A DNA stretch of 63,249 bases, the filler included, from Folioceros fuciformis (lineage: Eukaryota), in assembly GCA_049999805.1 (NCBI GenBank). It is 26 parts of 26 records of this genome, joined end to end, with 100 filler letters (N's around TTAATTAATTAA, not from the genome) between each part and the next. Parts side by side here need not be neighbours in the genome. Positions count along the whole stretch, not along the records: positions 24,205 to 33,111 come from JBNGIO010000813.1; positions 33,212 to 34,530 come from JBNGIO010000814.1; positions 34,631 to 38,463 come from JBNGIO010000815.1; 23 more parts are not named here. One strand, written 5' to 3'. Position numbers and translations under genes: made by a program. Position 1 is the stretch's first letter, and the number at the start of each line of letters is the position of its first letter. Below the pieces are notes generated by a model. It was not told where the DNA came from. It ran no database searches and worked only from the letters and a program-made list of their open reading frames with translations. Shown in pieces: positions 24,575-36,713 of the stretch.

Positions 24575-27500
24575 CAGTCTTACTTTGTAACGAGAGACAC
24601 TTCCATCAGAGTTTAGCTTCTTCTTGAAAACCCATTTGCATGTGACTGGTTTTCTGCCTGCTGGTGAGTCAACAAGCTCCCATGTTCCATTGTCTACTAG
24701 GGACTTGTACTTAGAATTGATGCCCTCAATCCACTTTGCTGCTTTGGGTGAGCTAATAGCTTCCGTGTAGGAGAGTGGCTCACCTAAGTCTTCTGGATCA
24801 ACATCCTTTTGAACCAAGAAAGAGGAAGCAGTGAAGGGTGGATTTACCCACTTCGATGGAGAGGAGGTGTGTCTCCTTGTGCTCCTTCGAAGCTGTGGGG
24901 CAGAAGGCTCAGATGGCTGCTGACTTTGAGTAGGGACCTCCTGTTCAAGTTCCTGCTATTCCAGTTCAGGTTCTTTGGCTTCTGGGGCTTCGTCCTCATC
25001 GTCAGACAAGAATGAGCTTGGTTCCTCCTCTGGATCAGCAGTAGGAGGTGCAGGTGTAGGTGCATGTGGCAAGCTAAGGGACTGGAAAGTTCCCTGTTCA
25101 AACTCATTTTGTGGTTCGGGTGCTGTGTAGCTAGAGGATGCTGTGTCTACTGGAATAAGCTCAGGTGAGGCTAGCAACAGCTGCTCATGAAAGGTAACGC
25201 TGGGACACTAGGTTGTAGTGCGAGTGATGGGGTCAAAGAGTTTGTACCCTTTTATGCCTTTTGTATACCCCACAAAGACATACTTATGAGCCTTGTAATC
25301 TAGGTCTGGTCTTCGGATAAGTGCGCATACGCAGGTGCACCAAATATTTGAAGATGTGAGATTTGAGGCTTGTGAGATGTCCACCACTCGAAAAGTGTAG
25401 CTCTAGGGAAGGCCTTTGTGGGTAGACGGTTTCGGAGGTACATTGTTGTTGCTGCAGCTTCTCCCCAGTAGCCTCTTGACACGCCTACCACCTTCATCAT
25501 TGATTTAGCAGACTCATGAACATCCCTGTTGCTGAGCTCTGCAATTGGGTTTTGTGCCGAAGTGTAGGGTGTGGTTAGCTGTTGGGCAATCCCAAGACTG
25601 CAATAGTCACTGAAGGCATGTGAGCAAAATTCCCCACCATTGTCACTCCGCAGCATCTTCAGAAGCTGACCAGTATGCCTTTGAGCAAAGGTAATGTAGT
25701 CCTAGAAGCACCCTAGAGCATCACTCTTTTGCTTGATTAGATAGATCATTGTGTACCTACTCCAATCATCTATAAACAACAACATGTATTTAGCTCCCCT
25801 AAAGGTTGCTGTTGACATGGGGCCACAAATGTCAGTATGCACCAATTCTAACAGCTGTGTGGCCCTTGTTGGGTTCTTATTAGTGTAGGGTTGGCGATGC
25901 TGCTTCCCAAACACACATGCTTCGCATAATCGTTTGTCTGCAAACCTTGTCATGAATTTTTCCCTGTAGAGAGTGTTGCTGGCTATCATAGACTTCAGCT
26001 TGTCAAAGTTAGCATGTCCAAGCCAGTAGTGCCACAACAGGGTCTCTCTCTCACCTAGCTTCTCTTGACTTAGACTGGCTACATGTGTTTCAGCTTGAAC
26101 ACTTAACTTGTATGTGATGTCTAATTTGTACAGGTTATAGACAGGTGTGCCTCGAATGACGACCTTGTCCTTTAATGAGGGGTCTAGCACCTTACACTCC
26201 CCTCCAGCAAACATTACGTGCAGCATGTGCTGGGTGTCAAGCAAATGTACAGATACAAGGTTCTTAACCATTGCTGGGATGTGTAAAACTTCAATAAGGT
26301 CTATTGTGGTGCCATTCATGAGTTGTACAGGGACCTTGCCTGTACCAGCTATGGGGAGACCACGGTCATCTCCAAGCAACACGACTTGACCTCGTGGCAT
26401 CTTCCTTTACTCTGAAAAAGCTTTGAAAGTATGACAGACATGTGAGGAAGTTCCAGAGTCTAAGTACCAGTAATGCCTGTACTAAGGGGTTGCTACCATG
26501 TAGACGGCTAGCAACGAGTTCACCTTGCGATGAGCCACATTTGATTCTGGAGGTGCTACCCGACGAGGTTCACCCGCCTTCTTCTTCCGACAGTCTACCT
26601 CCTAGTGTCCAGGTATCAAACACCAATTGCACGGACCTTTCTTCTTGGTTCCCGTGCTAGCTGCAGGCTTCTTACTTCTGTTGTTGTCCCTTTGATAGGT
26701 TTGACAAGGTGGAGGCCGTCGAGAACCCTTGTTTGTATAGAGTACTCTGTTTGAGGCTTCTCCCCTGTGGGAGGGTCCACTTCGATTTGCTTGTCTGGAG
26801 GACTCCTCCTCAAGAAGAGCTCCGATTAGATCTGCAAGGGACACGGCTGGTACTTGTCCTGCAAGTGTGGCCTGAGCTATCTGGCGAAGCCTCGTGTTGT
26901 GGCTGCTCACAAAGGTCCGGTAGCTGTCAGGCAGGGAAAGAAGCAGGGCTATGGCTGCTTGCATTTCCGTTGTGGGAGTTCCACTTGATGTAAGCTTTGA
27001 ACGGAGTGTTCGGAACCTACTCACATGTTGCTCAATTGGGTCAGATTCCCGCATCTTGCAATTGTAAAACTATCGTGTGGCTGTCAGGTTGTCTGCCCCA
27101 TTCACCACCTGGTAGGATTGAGTGAGAGCATCCCAAGCTGCTTTTGTAGTTTTGACATCCTGTGTGTAGTGCATCATTGACCCGTCCAGGGCTGCCTAGA
27201 TCACCACTAATGCACACAGGTCCTTCATGGCCCACGCATCCTGATAAGCTACTGGTGCAGTCGCTGCAGGTTTTGGGGTGGTACCCGTCACAACATCCCA
27301 CAAACCATTCTCTCAAAGAATGGTCTTGACTCACATGGCCCAGATGTCAAACTGAGATCCAAAGAATCTATCTCTCTCCTTGAAGTCGATCTTCAAGTTG
27401 TTGATGGTGGTGTTGTTGATTGTGCCAACAAGGTTTGGATTGGCCATGGAGTGAACTACTTGGGATGCTAAGATGGCTTGAAGGGTTTGAGAAACAAGGG

Positions 27501-28860
27501 TAGATTGAGCAAAACGTGCTAAACGTGAAGCCTGGGCTGCTGTAGCTGCTTGAGCTAATTGTGCTAATTGTGCATTTAAAATAGACTCAGTAGATGGACA
27601 AAAAATGGAACTAGTTTGAGATGACTCAGAAGAGGCTTCGTGCTCAAGTTGTGATGCAGGATCAAGCGTGGACACGGGATCTTCAGAAGAGGTGTTAGCA
27701 GAGTTTGAATTGAACCAACGCGGAGGCCGATGCATCCCTCTGCCACGACCACGGGGATGAGGGTTTCTTCCTCCCAGTCCGCTGTTTGACATCAGCCGCA
27801 CCTAGCATGCCTTCATGGCCTAGGGATTGCCTGATCTTGAGACAAGAGATTTCTCCATGGCTATATGCAGAGTGGCGATGTCTTGCGCAAGCGCCTCCAC
27901 TTGCCTCATCAGAGCCACGATATTGATATTTGAAGCGTTCTGCCTGTCATGAAGTCCGCAATCCTTGCTTGTGTTTTGCAACTTTGTGCATTTGAGGTTG
28001 CAAACCTATGCAAGGGTTTTATCGTTGGTTGCGCGGGAGGGATTGCTAGCATTTATGCACTGGCTGCAAGTTGCTAACCGACTCTATGTGAGTGCGCGGG
28101 ATTTGGCGACCGGGTTGCGCTGTGCCTGGCTGATGATCTCAATAACTTGCCTTCTAAGTTGCCTCAAAAGGTCAGGTTTGATTGCTGGCTGTGCAGTAGC
28201 ATACCTGGTGTTCCGGCCATGATTGGAAATAGGTCTAATTTCAGGCTGCGCATGCCTAGTGCCCTGTCCGTGATTGGGAACAGTTGCTACGACCTTGGAG
28301 AAGAAGCAATTGAGGTTTCTACTAAGTTCTTCTACAGTCTGACCAGGATACTCAGCAAATGGATCAGCAGGCGGGTTCAACTTCCTTCCTCTACCTCTCG
28401 GCATGACGCCTAGAGTGGGCAGTAGTGAAAATCGACATTAGCCAAGATATGTTCTGCCATGTTTTCAAATCTAACAAGCGCAAGTTTGTGGACAGCAATG
28501 AAGCTGTGAAAATTCTTATGAGAGAAATTTCTGATGCAGACTTTGCTGTGGCAGAATGCGCAAGGATTAGGAGACGTGACAGACTCCATGCTCTGATACC
28601 ATCAAGCAGGTTGATCGATAGGCATAGAGGAAAGAATGAATTGATTATTGCTGTGACTGAGCTGCCCCTTAAGGTAGCTTCGTGTAGGTCTGTGAGGTGA
28701 GGCTATTCACGTGAGTGAACACGTCGCTTAGGGTTTGGTCACGTCGGTATGAAACAGCATACCATTTCATACCTATAACGTTTTGCCTAATTTAATAAAT
28801 AAATCTAAGGCTGGCTATTTAGTATAAAATTGACTCCTAATTTTATATTTTTCTATAAGA
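24575..28860 (-). mobile_element. Ty1/copia element, 5' two-thirds: LTR (from about 28603, far end uncertain), PBS (28591-28602), extra ORF, gag, protease, integrase, start of RT
   Basis: Copia domain order: DRFFGSQFDIW, CNWCLIPGH, LELVHTDICGP, RSDNGGEF, TCKWVFK. Many stops. Confidence 0.92.
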
Positions 28861-29085
28861 GTAGGTAGTTGTGGACTTAGGCTGGAAAACATGAATGTTG
28901 TGACTCAGCGACGGTGGTGAAAGCCGAACCACCGTCGTGGAAAACCAAACGGCGTTAGAGCCATCGGCGGTACTGGAACCCAGACGGCCTGACAGGGATA
29001 AAACTCTAAGAGAAAAGTCGAAGTGTAACTTTCAAACGGGACCATAATTGAGGGAGTGGAGAGCGACCAAGGTGGACGAGTGGCG

Positions 29086-29220
29086 GGCAGGAGCGCAACT
29101 GCGGCAAGCATAGGCAGGAGCGGCCGGCAAGAGCAGTGGGCAGGAGCGCAATTGCGGCAAGCATAGGCAGGAGCGGCCGGCAAGAGCAGCGGGCAGGAGC
29201 GCAACTGCGGCAAGCATAGT
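29086..29220. repeat. 53-bp tandem repeat, about 2.5 copies, upstream of the accessory ORF
   Basis: Units of GGCAGGAGCGCAACTGCGGCAAGCATAGGCAGGAGCGGCCGGCAAGAGCAG. Confidence 0.85.
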
Positions 29221-29288
29221 CAGGAGCGACGACGGCTGACTAGGAAAGGGGCGGAGTAGCGGCGACCAAACTCGCGACAGGCAGATAC

Positions 29289-31072
29289 ATGGAGCAGGGC
29301 GAGATGGCGGGTGAGGGAGGTGCAATGCGGCTGACATCGATGGACGGCACACAAGAGCAGCCTCCTGCGCCAAAGGTTGAAACGGCCTTTTGGCCCAACA
29401 TGGAGCATTGGCGGGTCAGGACCGGAGGGCTAGTAGAAGAGCTAGGCCTCGGGTTCATGACCCAACGTTGGAATCACGCAGCTCCAGGCTTGGTGCAAGA
29501 GTGCGCCCAGCGACTGAGGAGCCTGGCTAGAGAAGAGGGGATTCAAGGGAACCCGCAAGAGTGGAACTTGGACATGGTGCGGAGGGTGTATGGACGCAGC
29601 GTGGAGGAGGAAGGAGGACTCATCCTTGCGTCACTGAAGAAGAGGAGCACTACAGCAGCAACGGTGGCTCTGTTCAAAATGGGGACCGTGAGGGAAGCCA
29701 ACGGGTGGTTGGCCAGGGATCTAGCGACGGCCCAGCTTATGGAACTGGCGAGGTGGCTCCTTTGCTTCCTACAGATTCGGAAGCAGGACTACCTCTCTGA
29801 CTAGATGTTGTTATTTGTGCACGAGGTAGTCAAGGGCAACCGGGTGGATTGGGGCAGGATCCTGTACAACAAGATGAGTGAAGAAAGGCATAACCTAGCC
29901 TCGTTCTCGCCCTGACCATCCTTGATTTCCTGGTTTCTTATCCATTTTTATTGTCATGCTAACCTTCTGCCCGAAGTGGAGGTGATCGCCTCGTTGCACA
30001 TGTGGAAGCCCCTCAGGGAGATAAAATGGAAGCTTGTGGAGCCAAAGGAGGTGGACTCTAGTAGCTGGGAGGCCCAGGGGATAGAAAGCTTGAAGGAGGA
30101 GATTCCGTCTAGCACAAAAAGGAAGGCAGGGACAGGGCGGAGGACACTTGCCAAGCAAAGAAGGAATGTTGGCCAGGTCGCCGGGAGAACGGGAGGAGTA
30201 GCACAATGTGAGGCTGTCAAGGAGTAGGCCAAAAGGGAGCAGGAGGCACCTCAGGAGAAGTCATCGGAGGAGGAAACAACCCCTGCTGAGGAAGAGGCCG
30301 AATTAGGGCAGACTCAGGTACAAGAACCCTTTCGGAGATGGGAAGGGATTTTTAGAAATGGCCCTTTGACAGCCAGGCTATAGGTGGAGAACTTGGCGTG
30401 GGTTTGTGAGATGCTGGGACAACAGGTCGTGGGAAGGAGGATGCCTTCTGAAGGTGAATCGCACATGGTAGACCTGCTGGGCTTGACCGCGGCGATGGTT
30501 CAGGCTCAGGCAGAGGTGTTGGACCAAGCTACCAGAGCCTTGACCTGGTTGAGCATGCAAGGTGAGAAGGAGGCCGAGGGTCGGGAAAAGTTGGCTGGGT
30601 CGGAGGCGAGTCGACAGCTCCTGGAAGAAACCTGACAGGCCTTGAGTGCGGCCAAGGAGCAGGCAGAGGAGGAAACCCGCCAAGCAAGGAAAGAGGTCAG
30701 GCGATGAAGGAGCAGCAGGAGGCGCTCCTGGCTCAGGTGAGAGAGGCCCATGGAACTAACAAAGAAATGCAGTAGGAGTTATTAAGGGCCCATGAGCAAG
30801 AAGCATCTGCGGTGGAGCGAATGCAGAAATTGGCGGAAAGATACAAGCGGGAGTGGGATGAGGCCCAAGACAGAGTGAAGGGGAAGGCCCAGACGAAGCG
30901 GAGTAGCTGAAGAAGCTACCGGTCGTGGAACAGCAACGTCGGTAGCTGAGGACCCAACCCCGGTAGTTGAAGAGGTGCCCGCTGAGGAACCTGCAATTCG
31001 AAGGTCTCGGAGAGCAACTCGCACCAGGAGGACGGGGCAGGGGGGAGCCGCAGCAGGAGGGATGGAAGATCC
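29289..31072 (+). mobile_element. Family C accessory ORF, most complete copy (globular domain plus coiled coil), degenerate
   Basis: AFWPNMEHW..LVQEC..GWLARD..VDWGRIL..FLIHFYCHANLL, followed by an E/Q/R-rich helical region. Contains stops. Confidence 0.7.
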
Positions 31073-31344
31073 TAAAGGAAAGCTAGAGGAGCTACATGGT
31101 GAAGGAGGAGAAGAGGAAGCAAGAAGGAGAGGAGAAAAGAGAGGTCACACTCTCACAATGTCTCAATAGCAAGGGAGCTCAAGGGGGTATTCATACCCTC
31201 TGGAAGAACTCCCAAGGAAGCTTCACAAGAAGCGCACAAGAAGCTGCGCAAGAAGCTTCCTACGTATTAGCTTAAGCTAATCTAAACTAATGATACTTGA
31301 TTGGACACTAATCTTAGACTAAACACATTAGTCTAAGCACATTG
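31073..31344 (-). mobile_element. LTR family A copy, inserted in family C and truncated by a younger copia
   Basis: Matches 23195-23464. The last 18 bp or so are replaced by the TGATA terminus of another LTR. Confidence 0.88.
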
Positions 31345-33111
31345 TGATACAATCACAGCACTAAGATAGACAGGCACAAGCGCAAGCGTACGCCGTGCAT
31401 GCTTAGATAGGACTAGCTTACAAGCTGGTGTCACAGGAAAGTGACATGCCGGCCGTTACCACTGCTAGGGTTAGCTAACCTAGACTTGACCTAACTAAAG
31501 GATAATTAATATCCTATCACTCCCACTCAAGTTGAATGGTTAGCGGCCTGTTAGATCTATTCTATATATATATATATTCTACTAGATAGTTTGTTTTATC
31601 TATAAACCTATCTAACTATTTAAGAAACTTCTAATTAGCCTACAAAACTTTGAACTAGACTAAAGAAACTTCAACTCTTGAGAGAAACTTTGTCTCTCTC
31701 TCTCACGCTCTCGTTCAGCCTTCAAGCGCCGCACTTCAGTCTTCACAATCTCCGCCGCCATGCCCGCTGCTCGACTCTGAATCAGCTGACCTGCTCCACT
31801 TGAGGCTACGCCCCGATGCACGCAAGCCCAAGCCAGCTGAATGCTCATAGTGTTTTACTCGCCCCAGGGCCTTGGTCAGAATATCGGCCGTCATGGCCTC
31901 TGTTGGGCAATAAACCACCTGAATGATCCCAGCTGTGGCCAGCTCTCGGACATATTGGTGCTGGATTCCAATGTGCTTCGTTCTGGCATGATACCTTGGG
32001 TTCATAGTGAGCGCGATTGTGCTTTGATTGTCGCAATACAGTCGGATTGGTAGTTGTTGTTCGAAGCCCAGCTCTCAAAGAGCTCCAACTGTCCACACTA
32101 TCTCCTTGCTGGCCTCAATAAGGCTTTTAAATTCAACCTCTGTGCTTGAAAATGCTATTATTGGCTGTTTCTTGCTGCTCCATCCAACTGCAGCTCCAGC
32201 TAGGAGGGTGACATAGCTCGACACACTACGCCTGTCATCAAGGTCTCCTACCCATTCTGCATCACTGTATGCAACCAAGGTAAGCAACTTGTCTGCTTTT
32301 GCACTGTATAGTAACCCCCAATCTATTGTTTCTGCCAGGTATCGGTACTGCCTGGTCATCGGGTCACTGTGCTTGGCATTGGGGTTTGATACAAACCTAG
32401 ACGGCAGCCCAAAGGAGAAGCTGATGTCAGGCCTGGAACCGATCATCAGATGCATGACACTACCATTTCTGGATGCATAATCCTCGATTGCATGGATCTC
32501 TTCTTCAGGTATGTCCCCAACCTATGCAGAATACTTAACATTCTGCTCTGCTGGGGTTGCCACTGACTTGCAGTTCTCCATACCATATCTTGCCACAATT
32601 TCTCTGGTGTATTTTGTCTGATGCAAGAATATAGTCCCAGCTTTACGATCTCTCACCAAATGCATGCCCAAGCAGAAGTGAAGAGGTCTAGAATTAGTCA
32701 TCTTAAATTATGAACGCAGCTGCTGTTTTACAATTCTGATCATCTTCCAGGAATTGCTCATGATAATAATGTCATCCACGTAAATGGCAAGTGTAACCAA
32801 ATTCTTTCCTTCTCGCTTGACCTACATGTTGCTGTCAGCAAGGATACTGACATAAGAGAGTGCATTCAGGAAGGCATCTATGAGTGCATACCAAGCTCTT
32901 GGACTTTGTTTAAGTCCGTATATGGTTTTCTTCAATTTGCACACAGGTCGAGGAAGGTTGGACGTGACTGGAACCCCTTCAAGTATGTCCATAAAGATCT
33001 CCTCGTCTAGCTTGCCATAGAGGAATGCGGTTTTGACATCTAACTGCTCCAACTCCAGGTCCTTGACAGCTGCTAGTGCAACAAACAGCCTCAGGGTCGT
33101 GAGCTTGACCA
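31345..33111 (-). mobile_element. Ty1/copia 3' end: RT, RNase H, PPT (31520-31527), 175-bp 3' LTR (31345-31519)
   Basis: EQLDVKTAFLYG, YVDD, YSDAEW and HARTKHI. AGTGGGAG is followed by TGATA...TATCA. Confidence 0.92.
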
Positions 33112-33211
33112 NNNNNNNNNNNNNNNNNNNNNNNNNNNNNNNNNNNNNNNNNNNNTTAATTAATTAANNNNNNNNNNNNNNNNNNNNNNNNNNNNNNNNN
33201 NNNNNNNNNNN

Positions 33212-34530
33212 GCCTTCCACTAGGGTCGAAAGAGCAGCTTCCTGCCCCCCGACTGATCTACCGGCCGTGATCCAGCCAGCACCGGACCTGCCTACCATCT
33301 GACTGCCCGCCACCCTGCTACTAGTCCACCCGCTGGGCTGCCTGGCAACTCGGCCACTGCCCACCTCTGATCTGCCTGGACGACTGGACCGCCTAGCTTG
33401 CCTCCTGCTTGCCGGGATTCGCCTACACCCCACCTGGTCCAGATCCAGCGCCGCCGCCTACTTGGATCCACCCCGGATCCTGCTTGAGTCCGCTCCACCA
33501 GCCTCCTCCGCAGCCGGCCTGGTGGCCGCGCCTACCTGCAGCCCGACTGCTTTGGCCATGATCTAGCTAGCCTGCCAACTGGCCATGGTCTAGCCAATCG
33601 GCCTGGTTGCTGGATCCATCGTCCCCTAGCCCTGCCTGCTATCGGCCGCCTGCCCAGAGGCCGCACCCCATCATCCTAATGCCGCCTGCCTAGCCTTGCT
33701 TGCTGGCCAGCACGGCCTTGGACTAGCCCGAGGCCCATCTGGCTGGCTAAACCCACACCCTCCAGGCCTGCAAAGGCCTGGCTGCCTTCCCCGGCCAGGA
33801 TTCCCCTCAACCAGCCGGTCTACTCCTGCTGCTGACCGGGTTGGGTTGTCTGGCGATCCGGCCAGCATCTGCCTGGATCCGCCTACTGGGCTGCCTGCCC
33901 CCTTGGATCTGGCCAGGCAGCCAGCCCGCAAGGCTGCCTGCTGCAGCCCCTAGCCAGCCTCCTGCCGATTCGCCCAGAGGCCGCCTGTCACCTAATCTAG
34001 CCAGGGGGCCACCTAAGCCCGCTGGCTACCTGCCTCAGCCACTGTCGCCAGCCGCCTGGCCAGCCTGCTGCTGGCTAGATCCGACTGGGAAGCCAGCCGA
34101 ATCTGGCAAGCCCCCCTTGCCAACCTGCTCGCTTGCCCGATTCCCCTGGCCATCGCCTGCTTGCCCAGGCCGACTGGCCAGAGGCCGCTAGCTGGCCTCT
34201 GGCCTCCAGCCAAGCAGCCAGCCTTGATCAGCCGTCCAGCCCGGCCACCGATCAGCTAGGCCGCTACCAAGCTGCCTGTTGGTTGCCTGCCTGCAGTCAC
34301 GACTGGCAGGATCCGCCTGCCTGGTCCCCAACGGCCGGGCTTGGCTTGGATTTCCCCCTTGCCTGGGCTTCCCCCGGCCATCCCGCCGCCCTACAGCCTG
34401 CCTCAGCTGCTGGTCCGAATCCGGCCAGCCAGCCAACCTTAACCAGTCTTCCTGGCCTTGGCCTAGCTCCGCCAACCTCCTTCTGCCCAGGCCGACTGGT
34501 CAGAGGCTGCCAGCCGGCCTCCGGATTCAG
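33212..34530. repeat. GC-rich degenerate short-motif repeat (CCTGCC/CCAGCC/CCGGCC)
   Basis: Pervasive recurring 5-6-mers. No credible protein. Confidence 0.55.
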
Positions 34531-34694
34531 NNNNNNNNNNNNNNNNNNNNNNNNNNNNNNNNNNNNNNNNNNNNTTAATTAATTAANNNNNNNNNNNNNN
34601 NNNNNNNNNNNNNNNNNNNNNNNNNNNNNNGAGTTAGTCAGCGCTCTTAAATTCTGAGCGGATTAGATCCAAGCAAAAACAATCTAACAAAAAA

Positions 34695-35186
34695 CTAGTC
34701 TACATTGTAATTACTATCGCCTCCCTCTTTGCCGTTGGCACCTTCCTCCTGGCCATCGCACTCCTCCCCTACTGGTCCGCCTCTGGCCCTCCTGCCCCGC
34801 CGTTGGTCAGGCAGGCCCTCCCACAGGACTTCCACCTCATTGCTGCTGCTGCTGGCCCTCGCTGGCAGCGGCGTAGGTGGGTCCCGTTGCAGGAAATCCC
34901 TCTCCTCCCTCCGTTGCCGATTACTGAGGATGAGGATAGGCTCCCATTCAACCCACCGCTGCGCCTCCTCCTCCGTTAGTTCCTCCAAGACTGCCTCAGA
35001 ATAGCAGTGAGGCAGCCCCCATACCCGCCAGCGATAGTAGTAGATGCCCATGCGGGTCTTTAGTTGTAGGCCGTCGCCTCGCATCCCTCCTGTGCCCATA
35101 CGTACATACAAAAACAGCTTTAGAACCCGGGCTCCCTCCACATAGAGGCCTGGCACATAAGAAGCCTCCTCCTCATACTGCGGCAT
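34695..35186 (-). CDS. Uninterrupted 163-aa ORF of unknown function, downstream of the family C accessory ORF
   Basis: ATG start, open to its stop, with a non-low-complexity core (LKLFLYVRM..GIYYYRWRVWGLPHCY). Confidence 0.45.
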   Translation of the reverse strand: MPQYEEEASYVPGLYVEGARVLKLFLYVRMGTGGMRGDGLQLKTRMGIYYYRWRVWGLPHCYSEAVLEELTEEEAQRWVEWEPILILSNRQRREERDFLQRDPPTPLPARASSSSNEVEVLWEGLPDQRRGRRARGGPVGEECDGQEEGANGKEGGDSNYNVD

Positions 35187-35239
35187 AACCTTACCCCTTC
35201 CTCCCTTGGGCTACCTCGGGCTGCCTCACCCCTGCTCTC

Positions 35240-36688
35240 CTAGGGTACCTGAGAGTCCTCCATCCCTCCAGCTGCTACTACTTCCCCCAGCTCAGTCCGT
35301 CTGGTGCGAGTCGCCCTCCTGGAACGCCTAAGCACAGGCGCCTCTGCCCTTACTGCTTCGGCTACCGGGGTCGTGGCTTCAGCTACCGGCGCTGTACCTC
35401 CCCCACCGGTAGCCCCTTCAACTACCTCGGGCGTCGCAAGACTACCGGTAGCCCCCCCGGCTACCGGTGTGGCCATTCGACTACCGGTAGCGCCTCCGGC
35501 TACCGGTTCTAGAACATGACTACCAGTAGCCCCGTCGGCTACCGGTTCTGGAATTGAACTACTGGTAGCTCTTTCGGCTACCGGCGTCGTCGTCCGACCA
35601 CTGCGCCCAGCCTTGCCCTTCCCTTTTACTCGCTCTCTGGCCTCGTCCCGCTCCCGTTTGTATATGTTCGCCAGCTTCTAGGCTTGTTCCATCGCAGCCA
35701 TCTCCTGCTCCTGAGCCTTGGCCACCTCCTGCTGTATTTCCAAATTAGTCTCATGGGCTACCCTCACCTGAGCTAGGAGCGACTCCTGTTGCTCCATCAG
35801 CGCCTGGATCTCTACGTTGGCCTGGCGCGCCTCTTCTTCTGCTTGTGCTTTGCCCTCTCAGGACCCGCCGCTCTTCTTCCAAGAGCCGTCTCAAACTTTG
35901 CCAGCTGTCTCCAGGCTTTGGACTCTTTTCCTCTTGCCTTTGCCTCCCTACTTCAGGCCTCGGCCTCCTTCTCCGCCTGCCTGCTCAGCCAAGTCAATGC
36001 CCTAGCCACCTGATCCAACACGTCCGCTTGTGCCTGCACCATGGCTGAGGTTAGTCCTAGCAGATCCACCTCCTACGACCCCACAGGAGCCATTCCCCTC
36101 TTGGTTATCTGCCTCCCCAGCAGCGCTCGTAACTTCTCCAGCTCCCCTGCCTGCAACCTATCTACCTGAGGAATTTTCCTAAAAACATCTTCCCATTCTG
36201 GGAAGACTTCTTGCTCTGGAGCATGCCCTAATTCACTCCTTTCCTCAAGAGGGGTCACTTCTATTGCTGGCATCTGTTCCTGGGTGGTTCTAGTTCCTCT
36301 TCATTCGGTTCCTGCTCTGCCGACTCTTGGTCTGCTGGTTCTTGAACAGCTCCATGCTCCCCCTCAGCCTGCCCCAGGCCTACCTTCTATGACGCCAACC
36401 CGCTTCCTTTTTTGACAATCTGACCACTGGCCTGTCTCCTCTTGGCAGGAGCCTTTTCCCCTGACCCTGCCTTTCTCTTCTACCTGGCGGGGGTCCCCTC
36501 CTCCGAACTATCCGCATCGCCTGACTCCCATCTGCTGGAGTTGACTCCCGCTGGCTCGGCGAGCTTCCACTTTACATCTCTTATTGGTCTCTACATGTGT
36601 AGTGAGGCGAGCACCTCCAGCTCAGACACGAGATTAGCATTGCAGTAGATATGAATTAGAAAGGGAGAAATCATTGAAGGTCGGGAGA
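35240..36688 (-). mobile_element. Family C accessory ORF, C-terminal part, degenerate; includes a 39-bp tandem repeat at about 35430-35585
   Basis: MISPFLIHIYCNANL..LASLHM and RRSRRATRTRRT match the copy at 29289-31072. Confidence 0.75.
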
Positions 36689-36713
36689 GACCACACATTT
36701 TAACACCACATTT

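Noticed and set aside
33164-34582. Numerous 60-150-aa ORFs
   Set aside because: They are low-complexity translations of a GC-rich repeat in all frames.
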